DNA of 64,000 bases from Psammoneis japonica (taxonomy: Eukaryota), in contig QPGO01000005.1 in the NCBI GenBank assembly GCA_008632985.1, forward strand, positions 1,075,607 through 1,139,606. The letters run 5' to 3'. The notes beneath the pieces are model-generated. The model did not search any database. It had not been told where the DNA came from and was given only the letters and a program-made list of their open reading frames with translations. Positions 62,073 through 64,000 of the stretch are shown one piece after another (position 1 is the stretch's first letter; the number at the start of each line of letters is the position of its first letter). The translations under genes and the position numbers were made by a program.

Positions 62073-64000
62073 ACGGAGTCAGACTTCTCCAAAAATGAGT
62101 CCTTGGCTTTCTGCATGGACAAATTGTCTTTGCATCCAGAGGCATTGTCCAACAATGATTGCGGGTCCGTGATGGTTTCCTTGCACAGGTCTGGAGCATT
62201 GACCACACACACAGAGAATGTAAACAGGTCATGTCCTGTGTGTGGTTTGCAGAACACATGATCAAAAATGTCAGTGCAATGATTGAACTTGGACTCACAC
62301 AGCTGGTGTTCCGTTCCATTCCATCCCAGGTCTTCTGTCCCGGTCTCTGAAGTCATGTGTTCATGCACAAGCAGGCGTTCTTCTGGCTTGATGTGCTTCA
62401 ATTGTCCAGCTGCACTGGAGTTGAAGATGGGGTGCACCATGTCATTCAGACGGGGATGATCCTTGACAACTGCACATGCCAGCACCGCCAAACCTTGCAG
62501 GACCAACATCAGATGAATTGCGCCAAAATCAGCTCCGCATTGTGACCAAACTTCACAGGCATCCTTGTGCCATTGTTCCATTGAGTGGGCACAAAAGCTT
62601 TCATTGTTCACATTGTTGTCAATCCACAGCAGGAATGCATGGATCTTGTTGACCATGAGATCTGCTGGAGAATTGGCTGTGTCAATGCAGCTGGGGTTCA
62701 AAAGCACCTCGGAGAACTTCTCATGCATCAAATTGGTGGGGCTGATCTGCCCTGCCTGGGATCACCAAACAACACATTGAACTCATTCTGCAGACATGTG
62801 CAGAAGAGCACAAACAAGTCACTGCCTGCACAACAGAGGTTTGGGAAATGCTTGTCCCCAACACAGCAGAAGCGATGACATCCAGCAGGATGACTGACAA
62901 GCATCACCAGGTGAATCACCCATTTTGGGTCAGGGCCAGACCTGCACATGATGTTCTTGAATCAGCAGAGAGCTGTTGCTGGAGCTGTGACAGATGAAAG
63001 TCTCTTGCCAAGAATGACAGGATTTTCAAATGGCCATGTGCACTGTGAGGATTCCTGTGCTTCGCCACCACCTGTCGTGATGTTGCCCCAAGGCCTGTTG
63101 TCATCCAGCAAGAAATTCTTGGTGCATCAGCAGTGAGGGAAACCTCTGGGTGTGAGTGACCATCATGTTGCAAGTCAAAGTCTTGCAGTTGGAAATCAAG
63201 CTGAGCACAATTGCAGTGCATCTGTGCAAGCATCGGCTTCATTTTGCACTTGTTGTCACAGTGCTGACCTGTGGCATTCTTGCCATTGCACATTGCCTTG
63301 AAGGACCACATCTCGCCAAATGCATCCACGACAAAGAAACAACCAGCGGATGTTTTCCCACATTGCAGCCAGGTGCAATTGTCACTGTCACAATGACCAT
63401 CGCAGAACTGACCTCGGGATGTGCACAAACCCTGCATGTTGCAGTCCTCCTGTTGGCAGCAGAGACAACCAATTGCGTCACCTGGCACTTTTGAGCACTC
63501 CTGGCAATGAATTGACTGGTTGAAGGGCAGTGGGTTTTTCAGTTTTTTTGCTCAATCTCATTTTTGCATGGATGAATGGAGCCAAGAATCAAGTCTGCAA
63601 CCATGACCTTTGTTTTGGACAATTTGTGTTGGTCGAAATTTTCATCAGACTTGAAAACATCCAGGGAAAAAGTTGACCCTGTGCTTGTCTCCAGACCAGC
63701 CTCAACGGCCACCAACTGTTGCGCTCAAGGTTGGACTCTCCCCTCAACGTGATGAAAAGCAGGAGAGTGGGAACACATGCACAAAGACAGCCAAAGTGAG
63801 CTTTGCACAGTGCATTTGCCTGTCTAGCAACAGACAGTTCATCCAAATGGTGATCAAGGTGAGGAGGGCATTCAACACAGGAGCCCATCTTGGGATTGCC
63901 CAAGGTTGTTTTGCAGGCAAACTTGTGCCAGTTTTGCCTCAAATTGTCTGCAAGGTAAAAGTCGCTGGCAGAGTGGGGCAGCACACGCTCCACATCTGTG

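Larger units (their letters stand above)
55770..64000. mobile_element. Block D, decayed repeats
   Basis: Extreme TA and CG depletion; fragmented ORFs; MITE-family end at 59154. Confidence 0.7.

Noticed and set aside
62063..62731. DNA-modifying enzyme that could cause the hypermutation
   Set aside because: No deaminase (HxE..PCxxC) or other catalytic motif can be supported, and the ORF is itself decayed.
5700..64000. Numerous overlapping Cys/His-rich ORFs in TE blocks as novel metal-binding genes
   Set aside because: Explained by loss of TAA/TAG and Tyr codons through TA depletion.

Overview
Eukaryotic window, most likely a diatom (short GT-AG introns, diatom-type HSF, CoDi-like copia remnant). 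It alternates between compact gene islands and four blocks of nested, decayed transposons (~5.65-16.65, 28.3-30.7, 38.5-51.7 and 55.8-64 kb). The genes are an aquaporin, Pol I subunit RPA2, a large VPS13/ATG2-like protein, a CaMK-like kinase, ALG3, a DnaJ protein, a CDK, a dioxygenase-sulfotransferase fusion, an HSF and a secreted metalloprotease. The main signal is that the transposon blocks have almost lost the TpA dinucleotide while the genes have not. Paralogous copies inside the window (LTR-element arms, MITE copies, Tc1 TIRs and target duplication) give the direction: TA>TG or TA>CA, i.e. A:T>G:C on either strand. This suggests a repeat-targeted DNA hypermutation process running opposite to fungal RIP. 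Other notable items are an LTR composite with two identical outer LTR ends under one 5-bp TSD, a MITE family with a covarying hairpin, and a Tc1/IS630 element carrying a spliced Cys-rich cargo gene. All calls were made by eye; no searches or counts were run.
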